A stretch of DNA of 43,786 nucleotides. It comes from an uncultured Methanosarcinales archaeon (lineage in GTDB: Archaea > Nanobdellota > Nanobdellia > Woesearchaeales > UBA525). The notes under the pieces were generated by a model. That model did not search any database, was not told the origin of the DNA, and was given only the letters and a program-made list of their open reading frames with translations. The DNA lies in assembly GCA_964505795.1 (NCBI GenBank), contig CAZDJS010000002.1, forward strand, positions 1 to 43,786. Reading direction: 5' to 3'. This document shows, piece after piece, positions 17,583 to 27,206 of this stretch (positions within the stretch are counted from its first letter, which is position 1; each line of letters begins with the position of its first letter). Made by a program: the position numbers and the translations under genes.

Positions 17583-17990
17583 ATGTCTCTTGATGAAATG
17601 ATATTTGGAAAGCTCGACGGTCTAAGCATTGAAGAGATGGCTGAGTTTGATTGGGAAACTCAAATGAACTACAGCAGGCGAATAGAAGATATTCATCAAA
17701 CTACTGCACTTCGCAGCATGAGAAACGCATTCCAATTCGCATACGGCACCCTTCTCGCTGGACTGGTTCTTGGAGGATATTTAGCTGATCAAACAATACA
17801 AAAACAAATGGAAGAATGCAAAACACAACAAGTGTGTGAAATTGATATCTCTACTAGCTACAATTTTGCGCTCACCGCAGGTGCGCTGGGAGTCAGTATA
17901 GGTCTTGGCGGAGCTTTCGCCGGTATACGAAAAAGACGTCAACTCTGCAACCAGACAGCAAACGAGTACAGGGAGCTTCTAGACCAATAA
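17583..17990 (+). CDS. Hypothetical membrane protein (135 aa, 2 predicted TM)
   Basis: It starts at an internal ATG (MSLDEMIF...) just after the tbp stop. The hydrophobic segments are FAYGTLLAGLVLGGYL and FALTAGALGVSIGLGGAFAGI. Confidence 0.5.
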   Translation: MSLDEMIFGKLDGLSIEEMAEFDWETQMNYSRRIEDIHQTTALRSMRNAFQFAYGTLLAGLVLGGYLADQTIQKQMEECKTQQVCEIDISTSYNFALTAGALGVSIGLGGAFAGIRKRRQLCNQTANEYRELLDQ

Positions 17991-18065
17991 TCTCCACTCG
18001 AAACCTAGGAGGTCTACTGGACACAGACGCGAATTCAATATAAAGGAAGTAGTTCTCCAAGTAGT

Positions 18066-20093
18066 ATGGCCGAGCTCGAACTTGCTGATCAAATACAAAA
18101 ATTCAAAGAATTCTTTGAAGAATTTTATCTCGACCAACTGCTCGAAAGGCTCCGAAAAGGAGAATTGTGGCTCACGGTTCCATTCTCGGATCTTGCAATC
18201 TTTAGTCCTGAACTTGCAAACTCCGTTCTTGAAAGCCCTGAAGATAGCGTAAAAGCAGCTCAGATGAGCCTGCAAAACATTGACTTGCAAGGCGATGTTA
18301 AGGGTTTTGAAATCCGTTTTAGCACTTTACCAGCAAGCCAACACTTGATGCTTCGTGAAGTTCGTGCGAGTCATATCGGAAGATTTTTACAAATCGAAGG
18401 AGTAGTACGACAAAAAAGCGATGTTCGTCCTCAAGTGACCAGTGCTCGTTTTGAGTGTCCGAGCTGTGGAAACATCATTCCTGTGTTACAGCTTGATCAA
18501 AAATTTCGTGAACCTAGTCGTTGTGGCTGTGGACGAAAAGGAAAGTTTCGTTTACTCAGTAAACAACTTGTTGACGCACAAAATCTTGTTCTTGAGGAAG
18601 CTCCTGAAGACTTGGAAGGTGGTGAGCAACCAAAAAGAATGAATGTCATCTTACAAAAAGACCTTGTAAGTCCTATGAGTGATAAAAAAACCAATCCTGG
18701 AAGCAAGATTGTCGTTACAGGGGTTGTTAAAGAAGTTCCTATCACTCTTGCAACAGGTGGTCAAAGCACCAGATTCGACTTGATGATTGATGCTAATTTT
18801 GTTGATGCCCTTCAAGAAGACTTTACACAAATCAAAATTTCTTCGAAGGAGGAAGAAGAGATTCTTACCTTTGCAAAGAGCGAAAATCCTTTTCAATCCC
18901 TTGTCACAAGCCTTGCTCCTACTGTGTACGGACACGATAAAATCAAAGAAGCGCTCATTTTGCAATTGCTTGGTGGCTGTCGAAAGTCAGAAAACGAAGG
19001 AGCGAATAGTCGTGGAGACATTCATATTTTACTTATTGGTGATCCTGGTTCTGGAAAAAGTACTTTGCTCAAACGGGTAACGAATGTTGCTCCAAAATCT
19101 CGTTTTGTTTCAGGAAAAGGAGCGAGTGGTGCGGGACTTACTGCTAGTGTGGTGAAAGATGAGTTTTTGCGTGGTTGGGCTCTTGAAGCAGGTGCTCTTG
19201 TACTTGCAAATCGTGGTATTTGTTGTATTGACGAGCTTGATAAGATGTCTGATGATGATAGGAGTGCGATGCACGAAGCGCTCGAGCAACAAACAGTCAC
19301 TATTAGTAAAGCAAACATTCAAGCAACATTGCGATCTGAAACCACTGTTCTTGCTGCCGCAAACCCGAAGTTCGGTCGTTTCGATCCTTATGAACTCATT
19401 GCAAAACAAATTGATTTGCCAAGCACTTTGATTAATCGTTTCGATCTAATTTTTGCTGTTCGTGATATGCCTGACACTGAAAATGATGGAAGACTTGCAG
19501 ACTTTATTTTGAAGCTTCATCAGAACGAAAAAGCTGAAACGACTGAGTTAAGTAAGGATTTCGTTCGTAAATTTATTTCCTATGCAAAAACAAGAGTTCG
19601 CCCTGCACTCACAGATGAAGCCTTAACTGAGATTCGTAATTATTATGTCAAGATGCGTGGTTCTGGTGGTGATGATGCTATTAAGGCCATTCCTATTAGT
19701 GCTCGGCAACTTGAAGCGCTGGTTCGTCTTGCAGAGGCTTCTGCAAAAACTCGCCTTTCAAAAATTGTTTCTCGTGATGATGCACAAGTAAGTATTGATT
19801 TGGTTCATTATTGTTTGAGTCAAATCGGGCTTGATCCTGAAACAGGAATCATGGATATTGATCGTATCACTTCGGGAGTTACTGCAAAGCAAAGAAGTCA
19901 CATACACCTTGTGAAAGATATTATTAACGAGCTTGTTGATAGCTTTGGCGATAAACCAATTCCTATTGAAGATTTAATTCGTGAGTGTGAAATTAAAGGC
20001 GTTTCTGAGAAAAATGTTGAAGAGACGCTTGAAAAACTTAAACGCTCTGGTGATTTGTATAGTCCGAAGCAAGGATTTATTAGTAAGATTTGA
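18066..20093 (+). CDS. mcm: MCM replicative helicase
   Basis: It has a Zn finger CPSCGN...CGCG, Walker A IGDPGSGKST, Walker B CCIDELDKM, the arginine-finger region SARQLEALVRLAEA and a C-terminal winged-helix-like tail. Confidence 0.95.
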   Translation: MAELELADQIQKFKEFFEEFYLDQLLERLRKGELWLTVPFSDLAIFSPELANSVLESPEDSVKAAQMSLQNIDLQGDVKGFEIRFSTLPASQHLMLREVRASHIGRFLQIEGVVRQKSDVRPQVTSARFECPSCGNIIPVLQLDQKFREPSRCGCGRKGKFRLLSKQLVDAQNLVLEEAPEDLEGGEQPKRMNVILQKDLVSPMSDKKTNPGSKIVVTGVVKEVPITLATGGQSTRFDLMIDANFVDALQEDFTQIKISSKEEEEILTFAKSENPFQSLVTSLAPTVYGHDKIKEALILQLLGGCRKSENEGANSRGDIHILLIGDPGSGKSTLLKRVTNVAPKSRFVSGKGASGAGLTASVVKDEFLRGWALEAGALVLANRGICCIDELDKMSDDDRSAMHEALEQQTVTISKANIQATLRSETTVLAAANPKFGRFDPYELIAKQIDLPSTLINRFDLIFAVRDMPDTENDGRLADFILKLHQNEKAETTELSKDFVRKFISYAKTRVRPALTDEALTEIRNYYVKMRGSGGDDAIKAIPISARQLEALVRLAEASAKTRLSKIVSRDDAQVSIDLVHYCLSQIGLDPETGIMDIDRITSGVTAKQRSHIHLVKDIINELVDSFGDKPIPIEDLIRECEIKGVSEKNVEETLEKLKRSGDLYSPKQGFISKI

Positions 20094-20104
20094 GTTCTGA
20101 AATT

Positions 20105-20722
20105 ATGGTCGAGCGACAAACCGCAATCAAAGTGTCAATTAAGAGCCTGATTGAAGGAGAGTATGTGCAACGAGAAGGCTGGAATCCTAATTTTATACGA
20201 ACAATATATGGCGAGGTTTCGCGAGCAAATATTATGGGTGTGATTACACAAGAGCTTGATGATGGTTACTTGCTTGATGACGGTTCTGGACAAATTAAGA
20301 TGAAAACCTTCGAGGAAAAGGTTGTTTTGGATGTTGGGACTCCTGTCCAAGTTATAGGTCGCCCTCGTGTGTATGCCGGTGAATTATTCTTAAATTATGA
20401 GCTGGTAAAAGAAATACGTCCTTCTTGGTTTGAGTTTCGTAAAGAAGAGCTAAAGAACGTCGAACCAATAATTGAAACTTCTCAAAATCGTATTATCGAA
20501 GCAGAAGGAGAAGAAGTTCACGTAAAAACCACAGAGAACGTTTTTAGCAAAGTAATAGATGCTATTCGTAAGTTCGATAAAGAAAATAATAACCAAGGTG
20601 CTGATGTTGATGCTGTTCTTGCTGAAATCAAAAATTCTGAGGCAGAACATGTCGTGAATAATCTTCTTGAAGAAGGGGAGATTTTCGAGATTAAGCCTGG
20701 TCGAGTAAAAGTTCTTGAGTGA
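20105..20722 (+). CDS. RPA32/Stn1-like OB-fold protein with C-terminal winged helix
   Basis: The OB pattern ANIMGVI...YLLDDGSGQIKMKTF...GTPVQVIGRPRVYAGELFLNYELVKEI is present. The wH-like tail is DAVLAEIK...LLEEGEIFEIKPGRVKVL. The frame opens at TTG 20090, overlapping the mcm stop. Confidence 0.5.
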   Translation: MVERQTAIKVSIKSLIEGEYVQREGWNPNFIRTIYGEVSRANIMGVITQELDDGYLLDDGSGQIKMKTFEEKVVLDVGTPVQVIGRPRVYAGELFLNYELVKEIRPSWFEFRKEELKNVEPIIETSQNRIIEAEGEEVHVKTTENVFSKVIDAIRKFDKENNNQGADVDAVLAEIKNSEAEHVVNNLLEEGEIFEIKPGRVKVLE

Positions 20723-20914
20723 TTATTTTTTTGCCAGATAATTTCCTACCATACCTAGAATTGAACAGTTGCTTCGTATAGTTTCTGCTTTATCTGGGTG
20801 TTCTTCAATGCATTGTCTTTCAAGAGCACTCAAAAGTATTTCGCCAGTTGTTGGTTCTTGTTGAGTTTTTTTGTAGTTTTTTGGTTGGTTGTATGAACCA
20901 TCTACTATTCCCAT
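20723..20914 (-). CDS. Hypothetical small protein (63 aa)
   Basis: This is an ORF only. Confidence 0.25.
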   Translation of the reverse strand: MGIVDGSYNQPKNYKKTQQEPTTGEILLSALERQCIEEHPDKAETIRSNCSILGMVGNYLAKK

Positions 20915-20948
20915 AATAAAAGAAAGTCTGAATTGTTTAAGTAATTTT

Positions 20949-21857
20949 CTAGAATATCATCGGCGTTACCCAGACTTCAAGCACTCCCGCAATGAATGTG
21001 ATGACGAGCGCGAGAAGTAAAAGGTCTGCTGAATCAAGGAGGATGTGTTCAAACTTCTTTGTTCCAAAGTCGTGTCTAATTGCTGCTATACTAATTATCC
21101 CCCCTGCAAGTCCTGCCATGAAGTATGCAAGTATCTCAGGAATGCCATGTATTGAGTATCGTAAAAGTCCATACGCTCCAATGCTTAAGTAATGGCTCAT
21201 TCCCACTGCTCCTGTTGTTGCTGCCACTTCTGCGAGTCCTGATCGTATCGTGTTTCCTATTGCTGCTCCGATAACGCTTGCGTTCCATGAGAGTATAAAT
21301 ATCGCACCACTTCCGTAGAGGAATGAGAATAAAACACAAAACACCATCACACGAACGTTGTTGAGAAATATCATGCTAAACCTGTTGAATTCTCCTGATA
21401 CTTGTCCCGTTATTGAGCCTGGTCCGTTGATTGTGTTGATTGTTTCTGCTTGGCTTTGAAAAAGCACACTTGTGGTTTCAGGAGCGAGAGCAACATACCA
21501 AAGGGAAAAAGCAAGCACCATTCCGATAAAGAGGTACATAAAGACTTTGAGTGCTTTTGTGTGTTCTTTGAGTAGCCAGTGTTCTGAGCGTCCCTGTAGG
21601 TCTTTTTCTTCCTCCATCATAATAATTTGGTAAATAAGAGGTATTGCTGCCATTGCACTAAGAAAGACCATTATCATGCTCGAGTAGGTTTTGAAAACGA
21701 GCAGACTCAGAAATATTGCAAGTGTGGTGTAGACAAAACCCAATACTATCATTTTCGTCGGTCGTTGTTCTGCAGCCAAAGGCGATGTGAAAGATTCGAA
21801 GACCATATTTCTTTTTTCTTTGTTCGTTTTATTATCTTTTTGGAAAAAACAAGCCAA
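20949..21857 (-). CDS. SpoIIM-like (DUF95) integral membrane protein
   Basis: It is multi-TM with FLNNVRVMVFCVLFSFLYGSGAIFILSWNASVIG and HGIPEILAYFMAGLAGG, typical of the SpoIIM family. The likely start is Met18 at 21806. Confidence 0.55.
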   Translation of the reverse strand: MACFFQKDNKTNKEKRNMVFESFTSPLAAEQRPTKMIVLGFVYTTLAIFLSLLVFKTYSSMIMVFLSAMAAIPLIYQIIMMEEEKDLQGRSEHWLLKEHTKALKVFMYLFIGMVLAFSLWYVALAPETTSVLFQSQAETINTINGPGSITGQVSGEFNRFSMIFLNNVRVMVFCVLFSFLYGSGAIFILSWNASVIGAAIGNTIRSGLAEVAATTGAVGMSHYLSIGAYGLLRYSIHGIPEILAYFMAGLAGGIISIAAIRHDFGTKKFEHILLDSADLLLLALVITFIAGVLEVWVTPMIF

Positions 21858-21865
21858 AAAGTTTG

Positions 21866-21877
21866 TTTTCTATATAG
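21866..21877 (+). promoter_or_regulatory. TTTTCTATATAG palindrome-core TATA-like promoter motif
   Basis: This exact 12-mer recurs at 30244, 32322 and 43182. Here it lies 46 nt upstream of the aIF2-beta ATG in a divergent intergenic region. Confidence 0.45.
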
Positions 21878-21922
21878 TTGTTTATCCATAGTTTTAAAAA
21901 CAAAACCTTGTTGCTAAATAAC

Positions 21923-22330
21923 ATGGATTATGAAATGTTGCTCGAAAGAGGAAAAAGCCAACTTCCTGATGAAGTGGCTGAAGGGAGTCGTTTTGAAATT
22001 CCAAAAGTTCGCGGTCACTTACAAGGAAGTAAGACTGTGGTGAATAATTGGATGGAGATTGCAAAGGCACTTGACAGACCTCCGCAACATCTTCTTAAGT
22101 ACGTCCAAAAAGCGCTAGCAACACCTGGGGAGATAATCAAACAATCCGTTCTTTTTGGTAGTAAAGTTCCTTCATCTAAACTTAATGAAAAAATCGAGCA
22201 GTACGCTGATGAGCTCGTGTTCTGTAAGGAGTGTGGCAAGCCAGAAACAAAAATCACTAAAGACGATGGCGTATTACATCTTACTTGTCAAGCTTGTGGC
22301 GCAAAGTACCCAGCAAAAACGAGAGTTTAG
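21923..22330 (+). CDS. Translation initiation factor aIF2 beta subunit
   Basis: MDYEMLLERGKSQLP...RFEIPKV...LLKYVQKALATPG matches the family, as does the C-terminal Zn ribbon CKECGKPET...CQACGA. Confidence 0.9.
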   Translation: MDYEMLLERGKSQLPDEVAEGSRFEIPKVRGHLQGSKTVVNNWMEIAKALDRPPQHLLKYVQKALATPGEIIKQSVLFGSKVPSSKLNEKIEQYADELVFCKECGKPETKITKDDGVLHLTCQACGAKYPAKTRV

Positions 22331-22331
22331 A

Positions 22332-22338
22332 TTTTTTT
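22332..22338 (+). terminator. Oligo-T tract between convergent genes
   Basis: A T7 run follows the aIF2-beta stop directly. Archaeal termination commonly occurs at oligo-T. Confidence 0.35.
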
Positions 22339-22348
22339 CTTAACTAAG

Positions 22349-25300
22349 TTACATAAAACTCCCTAAGCCTTCTTGTCGTTCTGCATCTTTACCGAAGTTT
22401 CCTTCTACACGTCGCTTTGTAAGCTCGAGGTCTTGTTGCAAGTATGCTGAAACATTGAATTCTTTTGCTATGCGCAAGCTCGGTTCTAAGTATTTGATAA
22501 CACTTCCTTCTGAAATAGTAAAAATTATTTTTCCATTGCACGTTTTACAATTTCCTTTGAGTGGTGGCCTGCGGTATTTTGCGTTGCATTTTACGCAGCG
22601 AAACTGTTGTCGCGAAAATTTTCCTAAGTTTCCTTTTGTGTCTCGAATAAAATGTTTTGTGATAATAAGTGTGGCAACATCACTCTCATCAACCGCAACT
22701 ATTTTTCTTGCAAGAGCGAGTTGCGAGTCCATTTTTTCTTCCATGCTCGGTAGTGTTTTGTACGAGCTACATAAGACTCCGTCGTTGATGTTTGTAAAAT
22801 CGTGTGTGAAACCCATCCCTTCAAACTGTGCTGGTGTGCCAAGGTCTTCTTCAAGACGTTTAATTTGTATTTCCCAAGGTTTCTTATATTGCTCACACGC
22901 TTCATAAAACTCGAGCGGATAGCTCCATACAGTATCAACATTAAAAGCCATATCGTCAACTTCTGCCGGATTCAACCAATAGGTTAATACTAATGGTGCG
23001 TCCATTGTTCCTCCTCGTGATTCTGGCAAGTATTTTTGACTAAAGTTCAAGAAGGCATCCATGAGAAGAAGAAAACAACTCTCATCACCGTCACAATCTC
23101 GTCGCATCGCTGCGTGAAAAAGTGGATGTGCGAGAAAACCTTGTGTTTTGCTAAATCCTATGATTCGTCCGACTATTCCTGCTGAGGTGTGTGGTGCGAG
23201 CCCAATGATATAATGGCCGACAAGATCTTGTTTTGATTCGAGATTATAATATTCTTTCAATCCATAAAACTTTGTGAGTAATTCATCAACGAATTTTGTT
23301 GTGTGAAAAAGAACATCGTCACAAGCCTCATCAGGATAGCCTGGCGTTTCACAACAAGGTAAGACAACATCTTGCGGAAACAATTCAAGAACTTGATTCT
23401 CGTCCTCAAGTTCTTTTCCGTAGCAATCTTTATCATATCCTAATTCTTTAAGTCTGTGAACACTCACTCCAACTTCAACAGGTTTAAAATGAGTGAGTGT
23501 GACTTCACTCGCGTCATAGCGTACAGTTCCATCTTTGTTCACGTGAACGTTGTGTTTTGCTCTGAGTATTCCTTTTGCTATGTGTTCAGGAATGTGACTT
23601 TTGTTGCTGGTTCCTCGCACTCCTTTAATAAGGTCAGGATAGGTTTTTATTCCTAATCGTTTAATAGTTTCATGAAAAATTCTTTTTATGGGAACATCCC
23701 AAATTTCGTAATCTGTTTCTGTGGTTTCTCCTTTGTAGTTTGTCATTTGGGTTTTTACTTTGTCTGTTTTTTCATCGCAAACTTCGCAACGAAAGAACGG
23801 AGTGAGTATATCGCATTTTTTGCAATGGTTTTTTGGAAAAGAAGCGTTCACGTATCCTTCTTCGAGCGCTGCTTGAAAACATCTGAGTCTCCCTCCTTGT
23901 TCTCCAACAGGAAAAAGTGTGTGTGGACTCCCTGTCATTTTTCTCATCTTTGCTTTTTCAGGACGTCCCATCCTGCTTCCGATAAATATCCCTGACTTAT
24001 CTCTTATCTTGAGTGTTGAGAATTCTTGTATTGTTTCGAGCGTGTTTTTTTGCGAGTCAGGGATTGTTTTTGTTGTCCCAAACATTGTTTTTATGATGAG
24101 CTTCCATTCCTCGCTCAGAAGTATTTCTTTCTTGTCGTTAACAGTGTATGGTATGCCAAAACGATCAAAGTCTTCATCTGAATCAATATTTTTTGTGTTG
24201 TTCGTTGCGAGGATGAGTTTTTGTAAGGATGTGACAGTCCCTTCTTTCCAAAACGGAGTCCATTTCGGGTGTAATGGTGTGTTTGTTTCTTGTGCTATTG
24301 TTATTGCTTCTTGTGCTGAGGGTTTTATTGTTAATGGGTTGTCGATGAACTTTTGAACATCGATACTTGTTGTTGCTCCATCGTCAATTGCTTTTTTGAG
24401 TTCTTGCACCCACCATTCTTCACAATACCCTGCAGGAATAAGTGTGTGTGCCCTGTCAAAGAAGTCGCCGTAGTTTACAAGAACATCCCCAAAATAATGA
24501 ATTTTTTCTATTTTGTTTGCTATTTCTCTTGCTTGTTTTTCAGTTTCTACTTGTACAAGAGAGCCGTCTTTGAGTTTGACTATTGGTCCTTCTATTGTGT
24601 CGCAAGGTGTAAATGCTGCTGCTTTTCCTGGTCGTTCTACTTTAAGTTGTGTTCCTGTTGCGATAAAACCATCACTCACCACCATTGTCGCTGGGTGTAT
24701 TGCTTGTCCACTGTAGCCTGATGCTCTGCTTCTTCCGTACCTGAGTCTGAATGCTCCTGGTCTGAGCGGATGACCAAAGACCGGCCTTCCCGCGACTATA
24801 TCTTTGATGTAGGTGTAGTCAGGACTTATCTTTGCTCCGTCTTCTTCGCCTCCTTTTGCTTTCATTTTCTTTTGTAAGTTCAAGAAGTCTTCAAGAAAGT
24901 TCCAGTCTTGCATTTCCATCTCATCCCCCCATTCACTCAGGCGCTTCCAGAGTTTTGGTCCTTTGAGTGGAATACAACTACTATGAATAAGACAATACCC
25001 ACTTCTCAAGTTGTTTGTTTCGACTCGTGGGAGGTCTTTGAGGTTAACATTACTTACTTCCCATTTTTCGCTCGGGTCTCCTGCTATTTCTACTGGGATG
25101 TTTTCCATGAGGAATTTGCTTTCTTCTTCGCTCGGAAAGTATTGGAGGTTTGCAACGAAGCGATGGTAGTCTTCAAGTTCTGCTGCGCAACGTAATGCTT
25201 CTTTTTCTGTCGGGTCATACTTTGCAAAACCCATTTTTTTTCGTACATAATCTGCAATAAGAACACTCACTGACGCTGCTGTTCCTCCTGCGTTTCTAAT

Positions 25301-25765
25301 CGGTCCTGCATAATTTATTCTGAAGAATTGTCCTTTCTTGTCGCGTCTCTCTTTAATTTCGATGCTGGTCAGTCCTTCTATCGGACTACTCACTACTCCA
25401 AGCGTTACGTAAGCGAATCCGACACGAACTCCTACTTCAATTGCTTCGAGTGCTGTTTTGAAGCCACAATATTTTTGTTCTGCTATTTCGTGTGCAATAA
25501 CCATTCCTACTCGCCAATCAAGAATAGAGTATTGTTCTTCGAGCTCAATGATTCTCTCGGCAACTCCGCTTCCTTTGATTTGTGGTGCTATTACTGAAAT
25601 GAGCCCTTCTACTCTTTCAGCAAGTGTTTCAGCAAGTGTGATTTCAACATCAGTATGAGGGTCATATCCTTTTTTTCTTGCTTCTTGTGCTTGTTTAAGC
25701 GCTGTGAAGCAGTCTTCTTTGAAGGTGTTGAAATATTTGTTAATTTTTGGACTGCAGACTATCAT
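22349..25765 (-). CDS. DNA polymerase D (Pol II) large subunit DP2
   Basis: It is 1138 aa with the characteristic Zn motif CVKCNAKYRRPPLKGNCKTCNGKIIFTISEGSVIKYL. It has a 4-nt overlap with the DP1 gene. No intein-like insertion is evident. Confidence 0.9.
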   Translation of the reverse strand: MIVCSPKINKYFNTFKEDCFTALKQAQEARKKGYDPHTDVEITLAETLAERVEGLISVIAPQIKGSGVAERIIELEEQYSILDWRVGMVIAHEIAEQKYCGFKTALEAIEVGVRVGFAYVTLGVVSSPIEGLTSIEIKERRDKKGQFFRINYAGPIRNAGGTAASVSVLIADYVRKKMGFAKYDPTEKEALRCAAELEDYHRFVANLQYFPSEEESKFLMENIPVEIAGDPSEKWEVSNVNLKDLPRVETNNLRSGYCLIHSSCIPLKGPKLWKRLSEWGDEMEMQDWNFLEDFLNLQKKMKAKGGEEDGAKISPDYTYIKDIVAGRPVFGHPLRPGAFRLRYGRSRASGYSGQAIHPATMVVSDGFIATGTQLKVERPGKAAAFTPCDTIEGPIVKLKDGSLVQVETEKQAREIANKIEKIHYFGDVLVNYGDFFDRAHTLIPAGYCEEWWVQELKKAIDDGATTSIDVQKFIDNPLTIKPSAQEAITIAQETNTPLHPKWTPFWKEGTVTSLQKLILATNNTKNIDSDEDFDRFGIPYTVNDKKEILLSEEWKLIIKTMFGTTKTIPDSQKNTLETIQEFSTLKIRDKSGIFIGSRMGRPEKAKMRKMTGSPHTLFPVGEQGGRLRCFQAALEEGYVNASFPKNHCKKCDILTPFFRCEVCDEKTDKVKTQMTNYKGETTETDYEIWDVPIKRIFHETIKRLGIKTYPDLIKGVRGTSNKSHIPEHIAKGILRAKHNVHVNKDGTVRYDASEVTLTHFKPVEVGVSVHRLKELGYDKDCYGKELEDENQVLELFPQDVVLPCCETPGYPDEACDDVLFHTTKFVDELLTKFYGLKEYYNLESKQDLVGHYIIGLAPHTSAGIVGRIIGFSKTQGFLAHPLFHAAMRRDCDGDESCFLLLMDAFLNFSQKYLPESRGGTMDAPLVLTYWLNPAEVDDMAFNVDTVWSYPLEFYEACEQYKKPWEIQIKRLEEDLGTPAQFEGMGFTHDFTNINDGVLCSSYKTLPSMEEKMDSQLALARKIVAVDESDVATLIITKHFIRDTKGNLGKFSRQQFRCVKCNAKYRRPPLKGNCKTCNGKIIFTISEGSVIKYLEPSLRIAKEFNVSAYLQQDLELTKRRVEGNFGKDAERQEGLGSFM

Positions 25766-27180
25766 TGTTCACCTAAATAAAAATTCATCATCGTCATTTG
25801 TCGTGTTTGTAAATTAATTATTGGGAGTCGTGCTGGTTCTGGTTCGAGTCCTCTTTTGAGTTGGTCTTCTGTGATTCCTGTCCATGCTCCTGCGTTAACC
25901 ATAGTGATGTTACGATAATTTCCGTAGCTAACCGCGTGGATGTGTCCTGTGAAATAAAAGTCAGGTATTTTGTCAATAACAAGTGGGTCTTCTTCATCGT
26001 CAGGAATATATCTGTTGCTTCCATGTGTTACTGCAAGGTGTCTTCTTTGGAGTTGGAATTTCATTATTCTATCTACTTTTTTGAGTCCTCCTGCATTTCT
26101 AATTGCAGGAATATTGTCTGCATAGTAAGGAAGACTGTAGCCGTGATATATGAGAATATCAAACCCGGAAAAGGTGTTTTTTTTCCCTATATTAACAAGC
26201 GATGGACTACTCACAAGCGTCATGTTTGGTATTTCGTAGACTGCTTTTGCGAAGTCTTCATAGAGTCTTCCTTGTGGTTCAGCGATTCTTCCTGCATCGT
26301 GATTTCCTGGACAAGCAACTATTTCTATGTGCTCAGGTAATAGTTTGATTAATTTTGCAAATTCTTCGTATTGTTCAGTCACGTCAGAAATTGAAAGGTC
26401 GTTTTCTTGTCCTGGGTAGACACCCGCTCCTTCGATAAGGTCTCCTACAACAACTGCATACTTAACTTTTCTTGCGATGTTTTTTTGTTTTTCATCTCCT
26501 ACTTCTCCTCTGAGCCAAGAAGCCATGTTTTTCCATTCTTCATACAAAAAATGTTTGTTTCCTACTTGAGGATCTCCAATAACTATCATATATTCTTCGT
26601 CTTTTTGTTTCTTGAGTTCTTTACCAATAGGAATATCTGGATGTATTATTTTGTCTGCAAAAACTGTTCCTTCTTTTGCTGACCCTGTTATTCCTATAAC
26701 TTCGTCGAGAACTAAATTTTTTGCTTGCTCAAGAAGTTTTGCGTCTCTTCCTGTAATTATTATTGTTGCTGTTGCTGTTCTGTCTTCGAGTTTGAGAATA
26801 ATATTGCCATTTTTTGTAAGATTTTTTTCTTCCACCATTCCTATGAGTGCGACGTTTCCGTTTTGAAGTCGGGCTATACTTGTTACTCCTTGAAGTTCTT
26901 GTCGTGCTCGTAACATTTTTGCGAGTGCTTCGAAGCGGTGTCGCCAATACTTGACAAAATGATCATAGGTTCGTTTTTTTGGTTTTTTGTCGTAGGATTG
27001 TATGATGTGAATATTGTTAGTTTTTTCAACGAAAGCCTTGTTTTGCTTTGTTTGGAATTGTTCGAGAATGTGTTCTGGAATCTCTTCTTCTGTTTCTTCT
27101 CCGTTTTGTAATTTATTAAGAAGTTCTGGCGTGACAAGAACGCCTGCGCTCATTAGTTCGCTTACTATTTTTTGCTCCAT
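25762..27180 (-). CDS. DNA polymerase D small subunit DP1 (calcineurin-like phosphoesterase/exonuclease)
   Basis: The motifs are IGDPQVGNKHF, VVGDLIEGAGVYPGQ, CPGNHDA and GHIH. The N-terminal OB region is IGMVEEK.... Confidence 0.9.
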   Translation of the reverse strand: MEQKIVSELMSAGVLVTPELLNKLQNGEETEEEIPEHILEQFQTKQNKAFVEKTNNIHIIQSYDKKPKKRTYDHFVKYWRHRFEALAKMLRARQELQGVTSIARLQNGNVALIGMVEEKNLTKNGNIILKLEDRTATATIIITGRDAKLLEQAKNLVLDEVIGITGSAKEGTVFADKIIHPDIPIGKELKKQKDEEYMIVIGDPQVGNKHFLYEEWKNMASWLRGEVGDEKQKNIARKVKYAVVVGDLIEGAGVYPGQENDLSISDVTEQYEEFAKLIKLLPEHIEIVACPGNHDAGRIAEPQGRLYEDFAKAVYEIPNMTLVSSPSLVNIGKKNTFSGFDILIYHGYSLPYYADNIPAIRNAGGLKKVDRIMKFQLQRRHLAVTHGSNRYIPDDEEDPLVIDKIPDFYFTGHIHAVSYGNYRNITMVNAGAWTGITEDQLKRGLEPEPARLPIINLQTRQMTMMNFYLGEQ

Positions 27181-27206
27181 GATATCCCTGATGGTCGTTA
27201 GAGGGC

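Noticed and set aside
18066-25765. Inteins in MCM or PolD DP2
   Set aside because: The lengths (675 and 1138 aa) and the uninterrupted Walker and Zn motifs give no sign of an intein insertion.
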